Shown here piece by piece: positions 1 to 11,520 of a DNA stretch of 64,000 nt. How positions within the stretch are numbered: position 1 is the stretch's first letter; each line of letters opens with the position of its first letter. A program made the position numbers and the translations under genes. Location: contig CAXXVO010000014.1 of the NCBI GenBank assembly GCA_963422645.2, positions 160,001 through 224,000 of the forward strand. The letters run 5' to 3'. Origin of the DNA: Alphaproteobacteria bacterium. Lineage in GTDB: Bacteria > Pseudomonadota > Alphaproteobacteria > UBA828. The notes below the pieces were generated by a model, which worked only from the letters and a program-made list of their open reading frames with translations, made no database searches and was not told the origin of the DNA.

Positions 1-2
1 TG

Positions 3-1415
3 GCCAAAGGCCATCAGGCGGACATCGGCAACAGCATCCCGAGCACGTATCACGCTGCGGCGAAGGACGTGTACGAGGAAGGCTCGCTGATCTTCCCCTG
101 CGTCCGCGTGCAGCACGACTACGCGATGGTGGACGACGTGATCCGCATGTGCCGGCGCAGGATCCGGGTGCCGGAGCAGTGGTACGGCGACTTCCTGGCC
201 GAGCTTGGCGCGGCGCGCATTGCCGAGCGGCGCCTGAAGGAGCTCTGCGCCAAGTACGGCAAGGAGACCATCAAGATCTTCATCCGCGAGTGGTTCGACT
301 ATTCCGAGCGCCGCATAGTGCAGGCAATCCGCGACTTGCCGAAGGCCGAGGTCGAGGCGGAAGGCGCGCACGATCCATTCGAGCCCTTCCTGCCGGACGG
401 CATCCCGATCAAGGTCAAGCTTCGCATCGACCCGGACGAGGGCCGGGTTACCATCGATCTTCGCGACAACATCGATTGCGTCGATTGCGGCCTCAACCAA
501 TCGGAGGCCTGCGCCATCAACAATGTCGTGGCCGGCTTCTTCAACTGCCTGGGGCCGGAGATACCCCACAACGGCGGCTCATTCCGGCGTGTGGACGTGC
601 TGCTGCGCGACGGCTGCGTCGTCGGCCGCCCGTCCTTTCCCCATTCGACCTCGATGGCGACCACCAACGTCGCGGACCGTCTGGTCAACATCACCCACTC
701 GGCCATGGCGCGGCTGGGCGACGGCTATGGCCTAGCCGAGGGCGGCAGCGCCATGGGTGCAGGCACCGCGGTGATAAGCGGCAATGACTTCCGCCGCGGC
801 GGCGATCCCTACGTCAATCAGCTCACCATGGTGGTCAATGGCGGCCCCGCCGGGCCCAAGGCGGACGGCTGGGTCACCTTTGTGCTGCCGGTTGTCTCCG
901 GCCTCATGTATCGCGACAGCGTGGAACTCGCCGAGGTGAAGCACCCGATGATCTTCGAGTCGGTGCGTCTCCTGCCTGGCACCGGCGGTGCCGGGCGCTA
1001 TCGCGGCGGCCCCGCTTCTGAGGTCGTCTACGGACCGCGCGAGGACCCGATGACGGTAATCATCCCTTGCGACTGCCAGATCAACCCGGCACGTGGCGCC
1101 CAGGGCGGCCGCGACGGCACGCCGGCCGTCCAGTTCAAGGTCGGCGCCAATGGCGACCAGACCGTCCTTCCTAACGTCGTGCAGCTCGCCCTTCAGCCGG
1201 GCGAAATGATCCGCGGTCTCGATGCCGGGGGCGGCGGATACGGCGACCCGATGGAGCGGGATCCGGAGCGGGTGCGCATGGATGTCGCGCGCGGTTGGGA
1301 GACGCCGGAGCGTGCCCGCGAGATCTACGGAGTCGTGCTGACCGGGGAGCGGGAAAGCGATTCGCTTGCGGTGGATTGGGCGGCGACAGAGGCGCTGCGG
1401 GCCGCGAATCCTTAG
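3..1415 (+). CDS. Hydantoinase B/oxoprolinase family protein (5' partial)
   Basis: Frame open from the window start (AKGHQADIGNS...YEEG); motifs E-x-E..P, GGAGRYRGG and GGGGYGDP typical of HyuB/OplB. Confidence 0.85.
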   Translation, partial: AKGHQADIGNSIPSTYHAAAKDVYEEGSLIFPCVRVQHDYAMVDDVIRMCRRRIRVPEQWYGDFLAELGAARIAERRLKELCAKYGKETIKIFIREWFDYSERRIVQAIRDLPKAEVEAEGAHDPFEPFLPDGIPIKVKLRIDPDEGRVTIDLRDNIDCVDCGLNQSEACAINNVVAGFFNCLGPEIPHNGGSFRRVDVLLRDGCVVGRPSFPHSTSMATTNVADRLVNITHSAMARLGDGYGLAEGGSAMGAGTAVISGNDFRRGGDPYVNQLTMVVNGGPAGPKADGWVTFVLPVVSGLMYRDSVELAEVKHPMIFESVRLLPGTGGAGRYRGGPASEVVYGPREDPMTVIIPCDCQINPARGAQGGRDGTPAVQFKVGANGDQTVLPNVVQLALQPGEMIRGLDAGGGGYGDPMERDPERVRMDVARGWETPERAREIYGVVLTGERESDSLAVDWAATEALRAANP

Positions 1416-1580
1416 GGTCAGCCGCAGGCATTCGGCACCTCCTTCTTAGCGTCTTGCCCTTGCCAACGGCCCGTGCTAACCCTGTCGCCGCTCGCGGCAA
1501 CCGCCGCGAGCGTGTCGTGACAGTTGCTCGATTCCGGGTTCTCGTAGGCAATCCCGTCAGGCAATCCGAAGGGTTCGACA

Positions 1581-2135
1581 ATGGCAGACGCCGCGACGCC
1601 CTCAGATAGCTCTTCCGAGCACGCGGGCACGCGACGCGACTTTTTGGTGCTGGCGGCCGGCGCCATGGGTGGCATGGCGGTGGTGGGCATCACCTGGCCC
1701 CTGATCGAGACCATGAACCCGACGGCCGATGTGCTCGCGCTGGCGTCCACCGAAGTCGATCTTTCCTCAGTCGAGGAAGGCCAGACCATCGTCGTCAAGT
1801 GGCGCGGACGGCCGGTTTTCGTGCGCCATCGCACGGCAGACGAGATCGCCGCGGCGCAAGAGGCACCGCTCGGCGACCTCTCCGATCCGCAGCCGGATTC
1901 GGAGCGGGCGCCGCAGGCGCAATGGCTGATCGTGGAGGGTGTTTGCACCCATCTCGGCTGCGTGCCGCTCGGCTCCAAGGTCGGCGACCCGCGCGGCGAG
2001 TTCGGCGGCTGGTTCTGCCCCTGCCACGGCTCGCACTACGACACCTCCGGCCGCATCCGCAAGGGACCGGCGCCGGCCAATCTCCCGGTGCCGAACTACG
2101 AGTTCCTCGACGAAACGCTGGTTCGGATCGGGTAG
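1581..2135 (+). CDS. petA: Ubiquinol-cytochrome c reductase Rieske Fe-S subunit
   Basis: Tat motif RRDFL; CTHLGCVP and CPCHGSHY boxes. Confidence 0.97.
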   Translation: MADAATPSDSSSEHAGTRRDFLVLAAGAMGGMAVVGITWPLIETMNPTADVLALASTEVDLSSVEEGQTIVVKWRGRPVFVRHRTADEIAAAQEAPLGDLSDPQPDSERAPQAQWLIVEGVCTHLGCVPLGSKVGDPRGEFGGWFCPCHGSHYDTSGRIRKGPAPANLPVPNYEFLDETLVRIG

Positions 2136-2148
2136 GGGACCGCGCCGG

Positions 2149-3435
2149 ATGACGACACCCGTACCGCAGAACCGCGTCGCCCAGTGGATCGAGTACCGGC
2201 TGCCGATCTTCAGCTGGACCAATGCGCACCTCATCGACTATCCGGCGCCGCGCAACCTGAACTATTGGTGGAACTTCGGCTCCCTCGCTGGGATCATGCT
2301 GGTGGTGCAGATCATCACCGGCGTGGTGCTGGCGATGCACTACACGCCGCATGCCGATCACGCCTTCGATTCGGTCGAGCACATCATGCGCAACGTGGAG
2401 TGGGGCTGGCTCATGCGCTACCTCCACGCCAACGGCGCCTCGATGTTCTTCGCCGTGGTCTACATCCACCTCTTCCGTGGCCTCTACTACGGCTCCTACA
2501 AGGCGCCGCGCGAGATCCTGTGGTGGATGGGCGTCATCATCCTGCTGCTCATGATGGCGAGCGCCTTCATGGGCTACGTGCTGCCGTGGGGGCAGATGAG
2601 CTTCTGGGCGGCGACGGTGATCACGAACATGACCTCGGCGATCCCGTGGATCGGCGAGACGGTCGTCACCTGGCTGTGGGGCGGCTTCTCGGTCGATCAC
2701 CCCACGCTCGTCCGCTTCTACGCGCTGCACTACCTGCTGCCCTTCGTGCTCTTCGGTGTGGTCTTCATTCACCTGTGGGCGCTGCATCACCGCAAGTCGA
2801 ACAACCCGCTCGGCATCGATATCAAGAGCAAGAAGGACACCATCCCCTTCCACCCCTACTACACGGCCAAGGACTCGTTCGGGGTGGGCGTGATGATGTT
2901 CATCCTGCTGATCTTCACCTTCTACATGCCGAACGCGCTGGGCGAGGTGATCAACTACGAGAAGGCGAACCCGCTGCAGACGCCGGCGCATATCGTGCCG
3001 GAATGGTACTTCCTGCCCTTCTACGCGATCCTGCGCGCGATCCCCGACAAGCTCGGCGGCGTCGTGGCGATGGTCGCCTCGATCTTCATCCTCTTCATTC
3101 TGCCTTGGCTCGATACGTCCAAGGTGCGGAGCGCGCGCTTCCGCCCGATCTACAAGTGGGCGTTCTGGGTCTTCGTCGTGGATTGCATCGCGCTCGGCTG
3201 GGTCGGCGCCAACTCGCCCGAGGGCAACTTCATCTGGATCGGGCAGGTGACCACCGGCTACTACTTCGCACACTTCCTCATCATCGTGCCCCTCATCGGC
3301 AAATTCGAGCGGCCCACGCCGCTGCCGGAAAGCATTCATCAATCGGTGCTGAAGGGCGGGGGTGAGGACTCGACTGCGGCGGCGCCGGCGGATACTGCGG
3401 CAGCCGCACCGGCGGCGTCCGGGGAGAAGACGTGA
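2149..3435 (+). CDS. petB: Cytochrome b
   Basis: [25 protein letters not shown] and PEWY motifs; start re-set to ATG 2149. Confidence 0.97.
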   Translation: MTTPVPQNRVAQWIEYRLPIFSWTNAHLIDYPAPRNLNYWWNFGSLAGIMLVVQIITGVVLAMHYTPHADHAFDSVEHIMRNVEWGWLMRYLHANGASMFFAVVYIHLFRGLYYGSYKAPREILWWMGVIILLLMMASAFMGYVLPWGQMSFWAATVITNMTSAIPWIGETVVTWLWGGFSVDHPTLVRFYALHYLLPFVLFGVVFIHLWALHHRKSNNPLGIDIKSKKDTIPFHPYYTAKDSFGVGVMMFILLIFTFYMPNALGEVINYEKANPLQTPAHIVPEWYFLPFYAILRAIPDKLGGVVAMVASIFILFILPWLDTSKVRSARFRPIYKWAFWVFVVDCIALGWVGANSPEGNFIWIGQVTTGYYFAHFLIIVPLIGKFERPTPLPESIHQSVLKGGGEDSTAAAPADTAAAAPAASGEKT

Positions 3436-4202
3436 TGCGCGGCGTCCTGCTGGCCGGGCTGATCGGCGTCTTCGCGCTCTTTGGCGGCAACGCAGCGCTT
3501 GCGGCCGGCGACGCGCCGGACATCCCCGGTCAGGACTGGAAGCACGAGGGCGTCTTCGGCACCTTTGACAGGGGCGAACTGCAGCGCGGCTTTCAGGTCT
3601 TCCAGGAAGTCTGCTCCGCGTGCCATTCGCTCCAGTACATCGCTTTCCGCAACCTGGTGGAGATCGGCTTCACCGAGGAGGAGGCGAAGGCGATCGCTGC
3701 GGACTACGAGGTCGAGGACGGGCCCGACGTAGAGGGCGAGATGTTCGACCGGCCGGCGCGGCTCTCCGACTACTGGCCCTCGCCCTTCGCCAACGACAAC
3801 GAGGCGCGGGCCTCCAACGGCGGCGCATTGCCGCCCGACCTCTCGCTGATCATCAAGGCGCGCGAGGGCGGGCCGGATTACATCTACGCGCTGATGACCG
3901 GCTACGAGGAAGAGGCGCCGGAAGGGATGGAGCTTGCCGACGGCATGAACTTCAACCACTTCTTCCCGGGCCAGCAGATCGCCATGGTGGAGCCTCTCTA
4001 CGACGAGGCGGTCGAGTACGTGGACGGCTCGCCCATGACCCTCGAGCAGCACGCGCGGGATGTGACCGCCTTCCTCTCCTGGACCGCGGAGCCGGAGCTG
4101 GAAGAGCGTAAGCAGACCGGCCTCAAGGTGCTAATCTTCGTCTTTGTGCTCACCGCAGTATTGTTCGTCATCTACAGGCGCGTCTGGGCCAGGCTGCACT
4201 AG
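3432..4202 (+). CDS. petC: Cytochrome c1
   Basis: [20 protein letters not shown]-terminal TM helix; follows petAB. Confidence 0.97.
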   Translation: MMRGVLLAGLIGVFALFGGNAALAAGDAPDIPGQDWKHEGVFGTFDRGELQRGFQVFQEVCSACHSLQYIAFRNLVEIGFTEEEAKAIAADYEVEDGPDVEGEMFDRPARLSDYWPSPFANDNEARASNGGALPPDLSLIIKAREGGPDYIYALMTGYEEEAPEGMELADGMNFNHFFPGQQIAMVEPLYDEAVEYVDGSPMTLEQHARDVTAFLSWTAEPELEERKQTGLKVLIFVFVLTAVLFVIYRRVWARLH

Positions 4203-4280
4203 CGCATCGTCACACCCCCTCGTCGGGCCGGGCGTGACGGCGGGGCAAGCCGCCGGACCGAACGCGGAGGGGAGTGAACA

Positions 4281-5987
4281 ATGGCCCAACCCACAGGCTC
4301 GCAGCATACCGATCCCAAGAGCGATATCGATATCGCGCGGGCGGCCACTAAGCGCCCGGTTCTCGAACTCGCCCAGGACCGCCTCGGCATCGCGGGGGAG
4401 CATCTGGTCCCCTACGGTCACGACAAGGCGAAGATCACCCTCGACTACATCGGCTCGCTGCAGGACCGGCCCGACGGCAAGCTGATCCTGGTGACGGCGA
4501 TCACGCCGACACCGGCGGGCGAGGGCAAGACCACCACAACGGTCGGCCTCGGCGACGGCCTCAACCGGATCGGCAAGAAGGCCGTCATGGCCTTGCGGGA
4601 GCCGAGCCTCGGCCCCTGCTTCGGCGTCAAGGGCGGGGCGGCCGGCGGCGGCTATGCCCAGGTGGTGCCGATGGAGGACATCAACCTCCATTTCACCGGC
4701 GACTTCCACGCCATCGGCGCGGCCAACAACCTGCTCGCGGCAATGGTCGACAATCACATTTACTGGGGAAACAAGGCCGGCATCGATCCGCGCCGGGTGA
4801 GCTGGCGCCGTGTGGTCGACATGAACGACCGGGCGCTGCGTTCTGTGGTGTCATCGCTCGGCGGCGTGGCCAACGGCTTCCCGCGCGAGGACGGCTTTGA
4901 CATCACCGTCGCCTCCGAGGTGATGGCGATCTTCTGCCTCTCGCGCGATCTCGACGATCTGCGCGCCCGCCTCGGCAACATCGTGGTCGGGCTCACGCGC
5001 GAGCGCGAGCCGGTGCGCGCTAGCGCCGTGAACGCCGACGGCGCCATGACAGCACTGCTCAAGGACGCGCTCGCGCCCAATCTGGTGCAGACGCTGGAGA
5101 ACAACCCGGCCCTCATCCACGGCGGCCCCTTCGCCAACATCGCCCACGGCTGCAACTCGGTGATCGCGACCAGGGCCGCACTCAAGCTCGCGGACTACGT
5201 CGTGACCGAGGCCGGCTTCGGCGCCGATCTCGGAGCCGAGAAGTTCTTCGACATCAAGTGCCGCAAGGCCGGGTTGGCGCCGGACTGCGCGGTGATCGTG
5301 GCCACCATCCGCGCGCTCAAGATGCACGGCGGCGTCGCGCGGAGCGACCTCGGCACCGAGAACCTGGAGGCGCTGGCTACGGGCATGGAGAACCTGGCGC
5401 GGCACGTGCGCAACGTGCAGAGCTACGGCGTGCCGGCGGTGGTGGCGATCAACCGCTTCTCAGCCGATAGCGAGGCCGAGCGCGCGCTGGTGGCGGAGCA
5501 CTGCGCCGAGATGGGTGTCAACGCGGTGGAGTGCGATCACTGGGCCATGGGCGGCGCCGGCTGCGAGGCGCTGGCGCACGAGGTGGTGGGCACGATGGAG
5601 TCCAAGCCCTCGTCGTTCCAGCCACTCTATGCGGACGAGCTCACGCTCTGGGAGAAGATCGAGACCGTGGCCAAGCGGATCTACGGCGCCGACGGCATCA
5701 CGGCGGACGCGACCGTCAGCCGGCGGCTTGACGAGCTCCAGGCCGGCGGCTTCGGGCACTTCCCCGTGTGCATGGCGAAGACACAGTACAGCTTCTCGGC
5801 CGATGCGGGGCTGAAGAACGCGCCCAGCGGCTTCGAGGTGCCGATTCGCGAGGTGCGACTCTCGGGCGGCGCCGAGTTCGTGGTGGTGATCTGTGGTGCG
5901 ATCATGACCATGCCGGGCCTGCCGCGCGTGCCCGCCGCCGACAACATCGCCGTCGATGATATCGGCAACATTACAGGGTTGTTTTAG
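4281..5987 (+). CDS. fhs: Formate--tetrahydrofolate ligase
   Basis: [32 protein letters not shown] and TMPGLP motifs. Confidence 0.97.
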   Translation: MAQPTGSQHTDPKSDIDIARAATKRPVLELAQDRLGIAGEHLVPYGHDKAKITLDYIGSLQDRPDGKLILVTAITPTPAGEGKTTTTVGLGDGLNRIGKKAVMALREPSLGPCFGVKGGAAGGGYAQVVPMEDINLHFTGDFHAIGAANNLLAAMVDNHIYWGNKAGIDPRRVSWRRVVDMNDRALRSVVSSLGGVANGFPREDGFDITVASEVMAIFCLSRDLDDLRARLGNIVVGLTREREPVRASAVNADGAMTALLKDALAPNLVQTLENNPALIHGGPFANIAHGCNSVIATRAALKLADYVVTEAGFGADLGAEKFFDIKCRKAGLAPDCAVIVATIRALKMHGGVARSDLGTENLEALATGMENLARHVRNVQSYGVPAVVAINRFSADSEAERALVAEHCAEMGVNAVECDHWAMGGAGCEALAHEVVGTMESKPSSFQPLYADELTLWEKIETVAKRIYGADGITADATVSRRLDELQAGGFGHFPVCMAKTQYSFSADAGLKNAPSGFEVPIREVRLSGGAEFVVVICGAIMTMPGLPRVPAADNIAVDDIGNITGLF

Positions 5988-6871
5988 TTGGCAATTCGTC
6001 GCAGGAGACGATGACCTGACCCGAGCAAGAATTTCTGCCCGATTTCTGGGCCGCAGGCGCACAAAACAAAGTCATAATTGTCTGTCCGGCGAATCCGTGT
6101 TTCAAGCTCCCAAATTGACGGGAGCCCAACAATGATTCGCCCGCGCCTATACCGGTCTCTGTGTTTGCCGGTTCTTCGACTTTCGGGACACGTGTTCCGC
6201 GTCGCGGTTCCTCTCTGTCTCGTCATCCCGATTCTGGCCGCTTGCCATATATTTGTGGACGATGTGGAAGAGGAAGAGCAGGAGCCCTGCGTCCAAACTC
6301 ATGACCAGGGCTGCCTTTCCGAACCCGAGCTAGAAGCCTTGGTGGAGGAAATCGCAGGCGAATACGCGGAGCCGTCGAGCTTCCAGAACCAGTGGGGCCT
6401 GGCGGCGATCAATGCCGACCAGGCTTACGCGAACTTGGAGCTGGAATTCGGTCCCGACGTGGCACCCGGCGAAGGCGTTACCGTGGGCGTGCTGGATACG
6501 GGGATCGACAATGCCCATCCCCAGTTTCGGAACAAGACCGTCCCTGAGAGGTTTCTTGCGGGTGCGACCGGCGATGACGGAAGCGAACTTTCTCACGGCA
6601 CCGCGGTGGCAAGCATTATCGCCGGAGAGGATATTCCCGGTTTCCCGTACGACGCGCATGGCGTGGCCTGGGGTGCCGATCTCGTCGTCTTTGCCATTCC
6701 GCTGGGAGAAGCGCCCGAATTGTATGATCCGATCCAGATAAGCGAGTTGCCGGGAACCGCAGAGTACGTAACTGCCCAGGTCTGATTCTGCCGAGCACTC
6801 GGACGTGATGGATTGATGGTTCTGACCAGCCAGGGGTCAGGCTGAGCGCTTTCCCGGAGCAGCGCAGGATT

Positions 6872-8185
6872 TCAGAAGCGCAATACGGGGATCAGCTGGA
6901 TTGGATCGGGGTGCGCCAGGGTTTCGAGGACATTCCAGCGCTGTTTTCGAGCGGTGGCGATGACGGATCGCAGGTTTGCGAAGTCGCGGGCGCCTTGTAT
7001 CGAGCGGAAGCCGCCTGAGATTTTCTGGCGCAGCTTGCCCATTCGGAGGTCGCGGTCGTTCTTGTGGGCGAAGCGGGCGGCTCTGTTGGCACGGATGAGG
7101 AGCCGGTGCGTGCTCGTTGCCCAGTCTTCCTTCTCGATCTCGATGAGGGCTTGGAGCTCGCGCAGGTGATGGGCGTTGCAGGCCCCGTGGCGCACGCCCT
7201 CGAGAGCGAAGTAGGTGGCGTAGTCGTCATGGATGACGATGCCGTTGAGCTTCTCGTCGATGTGGCTGCGCCCGGTGGCGACGCGCAGGATGGTGAGCAA
7301 CGGGGTGCACAGCACATGGAGCCAATGGGTCCGGGCGGCGATGCGGATGCCGGTCTCGTCGAGGTGTTTGACTGGGGCTGCGGTGCGGATGATCTCCGCG
7401 AGGCGATCGAGGAAGCCCTCGAAGCGCCGGGCGGTGCGCCTTCCCATGGCGACGATGGTGGCTGTTGAGAGCTTGACCGCGAAGAGGTCGCTCATGACCT
7501 CGGCGACCCGCTTCTCGGGAATGAACTGAGCGTGCAGCAGGTAGGTCACCCACGCGGTGATGCGCGGCCCGTATTGGACCGGTGCGCTCACGCCGTTCGG
7601 GAAGACGGCTGTCGTCACGGTGCCGCAGGCAGCGCAGAGGCAACGATGGCCGCGATGTTCGGTGACCTCGAGGGGCTGCGGCTCGGGCACATCGAAGACC
7701 TGCCGGCAGACGGGGGCTCCGTGACGGTCAGCGTCCGACAGCGGCGCGCCGCAGCCCTCACAGGCGGACGGATCATGATCGACGACATGGTCGGGCGTCG
7801 CGGTCCGCTCCAGGGTAGTTCCCTTGTGGCCCGGCTGGCCGCCACTGGGCCTGTCGGACTTGCCGCGCTGGCTCCGGGTGCGCTTCTCCCGGTCACCGCT
7901 CTTCTTCTTCAGACCGTCGCTGGCCGGCGGCTTGGAGCTGGTGGTGCTGTCGAGCGCGGCGCTGCGCTCGAGTTCGGCGATCCGCTCGCGCAAGCGGGCG
8001 TTCTCCCGCTCCAGCGCGTCGTTCTCCTTGACCAGGGCCGCGCTCAGGCGCAGCAACCCCTGGCCCCATTCCCGAATGGCTTTGACGGCGGTCATTGCGA
8101 AGGATTGTGGGGTGAAAAGGTCCTGCAGGCACGCGAAGGCCTCGTCGTGGGCAGCGAGGTCCTCGTGCCAGCGCGACACTGTCAC
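6872..8185 (-). pseudogene. IS66 transposase (TnpC-type) with in-frame deletion of ~75 aa including the NNxAER segment
   Basis: Leucine zipper, SSKPPASD, GGQPGH, Cys zinc motifs, HLDETG, CNAHHLRE, QKISGGFRS; the region seen in 50486-52024 between RAARFA and RDxRM is missing. Confidence 0.85.
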
Positions 8186-8850
8186 GAACCCTCGTCGGCC
8201 TCGACGGCCATGATCGCGGCCAGCACCGCCAGGCGTTCGCCCGCCGGCATGGCCTCGTAGCGCCGGCCCCAGTTGGCCGCCTTGCGCTTGATGCACTGGC
8301 GCTCGGTGAAGTTCCGGCCGGCGAAGCTCGCCCAGTGCACCCGGTCAGGCGCGAAGTTGAACCACACGACCTCGGTCCGCACCTGGGCCTGGGTCGTCAC
8401 CTGCAGCGCCAGCCGGCGCCAGCCCGCCAGCAGCTCGTCATAGAGCGCAGACGGGTGGCCCGAGACCATCACCTGGCAGGGCAGACCCTTGAGCAGTTCG
8501 AGGAGCGCGACGTGGTCGGCCTCCTCGTACTCGAAGCGGTAGCGCTGCGACGAACGCCGGGTCGCGTGCAGATAGGGCGGATCGCTGTAGACCAGCTCCG
8601 GGCCCAGAAACGGGAACGAGGCCAGGAAGGAATGGGCGCAGCCGTGCACCAACTCCACCGGGTAGTCGCAGCCAAAGGCCTCAAGCGCCCGCTCGTCGCG
8701 GTCGATCCCGATCGAGCGCATGGCCGCAGGCTTGCGCTTCATCAGCGCCCCGCCCCCAAGATGGCTCTCGATATAGACAGAGTGCGGCGGCATCAGCGCA
8801 ATCAGCGCCTGGCTCAGACCGGTCGTCGCCTTCGACCCGAAATACCCCAC
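8182..8850 (-). CDS. Compact Dam-like (alpha-class) N6-adenine DNA methyltransferase
   Basis: YFGSK (motif X), ESHLGGGA (motif I), VYSDPPY (motif IV), VMVSG, RTEVVWFN. Confidence 0.9.
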   Translation of the reverse strand: MGYFGSKATTGLSQALIALMPPHSVYIESHLGGGALMKRKPAAMRSIGIDRDERALEAFGCDYPVELVHGCAHSFLASFPFLGPELVYSDPPYLHATRRSSQRYRFEYEEADHVALLELLKGLPCQVMVSGHPSALYDELLAGWRRLALQVTTQAQVRTEVVWFNFAPDRVHWASFAGRNFTERQCIKRKAANWGRRYEAMPAGERLAVLAAIMAVEADEGS

Positions 8851-8851
8851 C

Positions 8852-8907
8852 GGCTGCTCCTCTCATGCGAGAGTGCAACCCATAGGCGAGAGAACCTATA
8901 CAGTCAA
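8852..8907 (-). promoter_or_regulatory. Putative sigma70 promoter TTGACT-N17-TATGGG with ATAG-N10-CTAT palindrome and RBS-covering hairpin
   Basis: Same spacing and palindrome in the diverged copy B (49767-49823). Confidence 0.6.
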
Positions 8908-9337
8908 GCGGGGATCAACGACGCGCCGACGGCGAAACGGCACCGACGGCAAGCAACATCAGCACGCACTCAGAACTGGCGGCGGGGTACCTGGGTAGTT
9001 ACCAGAGTACTTTGCCGACAGACTCGACGAGATACTCGGTTGGCGGTTCGGCTCCCGAAGCGTCGATTTGCTGAACTTGAGCCTCGGCGTCTCGGGAATC
9101 ATCGAGAATTACAGTGAAGAGGTACTTCACGAACCGTTTGCGCGGATGATCGCCTCAATTCTTCAGGAAAGCTCCGAAGATCAGACTTCCTGACCTCGTG
9201 ATGCTGGCTGTTCTGGGCAGCGTGCCGGGAACTCCTTGAATTCTGATACATTTCGGTTGTTTCAGGCGGTTTTTCGCTGGGTGTCGCGCCCGAGGTCTGA
9301 TATTATAATTTGATACCAATTGCACGGGGTCTCAACC

Positions 9338-11413
9338 ATGCCCAGTACCCTCCCAATGTGCCCTCCAGAGGCGGTCTCGATCGGCAACAGCTGCTTCGCC
9401 GTCCTGATCTCGGACGACACCTTCACCTACTTTTCCAACCTCATTCCCTTTGACAGCCACGCCGCCGATGACCGCACGGCCATGCTCTTGCGGATCGGCC
9501 GCCTCGCGGCGATCAGCGCGGTCTCGCCGCAGGAACTGGCTGACGCTTTCGCTGTCTCGCGCGCGACGGTGCAGCGCGCACGACGGCGCTACCTGGCCGA
9601 GGGCGAAGCGGGGTTCATGAAGCCCCGGCGCGGTCGCGGGCCGTCGGTGTTCACTCCGGAGTTGGCGGAGAAGGCGACGGCGTTGCTGGCATCGGGCCTG
9701 AGCGGCTCTGCGGCGGCCCGGGTTCTCGGCGTGTCAGCGCCATCGGTCAACAAGTGGCGCCGTCAGGGACTGATCGGCAACACGGAGGCGGATGGGGAGC
9801 CCGGACGCTCAGCGCTGGCTGCGCCGCCTGACGCGGGTGCGGCTCCTGAAGGCCGTGTCGATGAAGAGAGTACCGGTGCCCCGGGGCCGGAGACGGCGCC
9901 GGGGCTGGAAGCGCAGCCGCAAACGGATCGCAGCGCGCGCGATCGGCGGGACCGGCAGGCGCCGATGGGGCGTGCGACTTGCGATGTTCCGGCTCGGGTT
10001 CTGGCCAGTTGTGGACAGGCGGGGCCGGTCGAACCGCAGTTCGCCGCCGCCGCCCGCGGTGTCCGCTTCGGCGGCGTGCTCGCCGCCCTGCCGGCCCTGC
10101 TGAAGGAAGGTCTTCTCTCCGAGACCGGTCTCCTGCCATTGCTGCCGAAGGGCTATTACGGCTTGCCTACGATCCTGCTCTTCCTGGCCTTCATGACCTT
10201 GGCGCGGGTGCGCAACCCCGAGAGCCTGCGCTACCAGGCGCCGGGCGAATGGGGCGCCATTCTCGGCCTCGATCGCTGCCCCGAGGTCAAGACGCTGCGC
10301 CGCAAGATCGCTCTCATCGCCGACGACGAGGCCGGCGTGCGGGCGTGGCAGCTCGCCCTTGCCAGGCGCTGGCAAGGCCGACGAGCCGGAGCTCTGGGCG
10401 ACGCTGGCCATCGACGGGCACGTCAAGGTCTACTCCGGCCGCAAGGGGCGCTTGCCCAAGCACTTCGTCTCGCGCGAGAAGCTGTGCCTGCCGGCGAGCG
10501 CCAGCTACTGGATCAACGCTCTGGGCGGCAAGCCGCTGCTCTGTCTGCACAAGCCGCTGGACCCGAAGATGGTCGCGGCCATCGAAGCCGACGTGGTGCC
10601 GGCGCTGCAGGAGCTTGGGATCGTTGGCGCCGGGGCGCCGGACCTGACCGCCGAGCATCCCGGCCAGCCGGCGCTCACCCTGGTCTTCGACCGCGAGGGC
10701 TGGAGCCCGGATCTGTTCCGCCGGCTGGCGAGGCGCGGCGTCGCCTGCCTGACCTGGCACAAGAACTTCAGGGGCGAGGACTGGCCGGCCGAGGACTTCG
10801 GCGCGATGACCGTTCCCATTCACGGACCGGCGGCGGACGGCAGCGCCACCATGCGGCTGGCTGAGAAGCCGGTGACGTTGCCGAACGGCTTCAGGGTGCG
10901 CCAGATCCGCCGCCTGCTCGACAACGGCCGTCAGGTGCCGCTGATCACCACCGATCCGCACAAGCCGATGGCTGAGGTTGCGGGCGCCATGTTCTCGCGC
11001 TGGTCGCAGGAGAACTTCTTCAAGTACATGCGTGACGAGTTCAATCTCGACGCCCTGCCGACCCACGAGCTCGAGCCTCTCGATCCCGCCGCCATGGTCG
11101 TCAACCCGCTGCGGCGGGCCTATGACAAGGCAATCCATCGCCTCGACCGCCAGCTTGGCCGCCTGCGCAACCGCATCGCCGACACGGCCCGGAAGAAGCA
11201 GCCGACGGCGGAACTCAGGAGGGAAGTCAGGGACCTCCAGGATGTCCGCGACATCGTCAGGGCCAGCCGCAGGGAGACGCCCAAGCACTGCCGGGCCGGC
11301 GACCTCGACGAAGCCGAGCAGCTCGATGCCTTGCCCGCGCGCGAGCGCCTCCTCCTCGACGTCATCCGGATGATCGCCTACCGCGCCGAAACCCGCATGA
11401 TGCTTCCCGTCAT
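9338..11413 (+). pseudogene. DDE transposase with N-terminal HTH domains, frameshifted at ~10375 and interrupted by IS21 (remainder 13973-14184)
   Basis: IDGHVKVY, VFDREG and RWSQENFFK motifs; HTH-like ELADAFAVSRATVQR and AARVLGVSAPSVNKW. Confidence 0.8.
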
Positions 11414-11520
11414 TGTTGTTAAGCGTGGAAAAGTGACCCCCTATTGGGGGTGATCGGCGTCCAAAATTGACCCCCTTGGATTTGTGTCCATGAACACACC
11501 TCGTCGTTTGGACGGACGGG

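Larger units (their letters stand above)
6768..9002 (-). mobile_element. IS66-family element carrying a DNA adenine methyltransferase (copy A, transposase internally deleted)
   Basis: TIRs GTAACTGCCCAGGT / ACCTGGGTAGTTAC; 8-bp TSD CAGAGTAC (6760-6767, 9003-9010). Confidence 0.93.

Noticed and set aside
4203-4280. Possible ZTP/THF riboswitch upstream of fhs (CGTGACGGCG and two small hairpins)
   Set aside because: Only 78 nt, and the rest of the ZTP aptamer, including the 3' CGCCTGGGC stem, is not present
8182-8850. Restriction-modification system
   Set aside because: No endonuclease gene lies inside or beside either element
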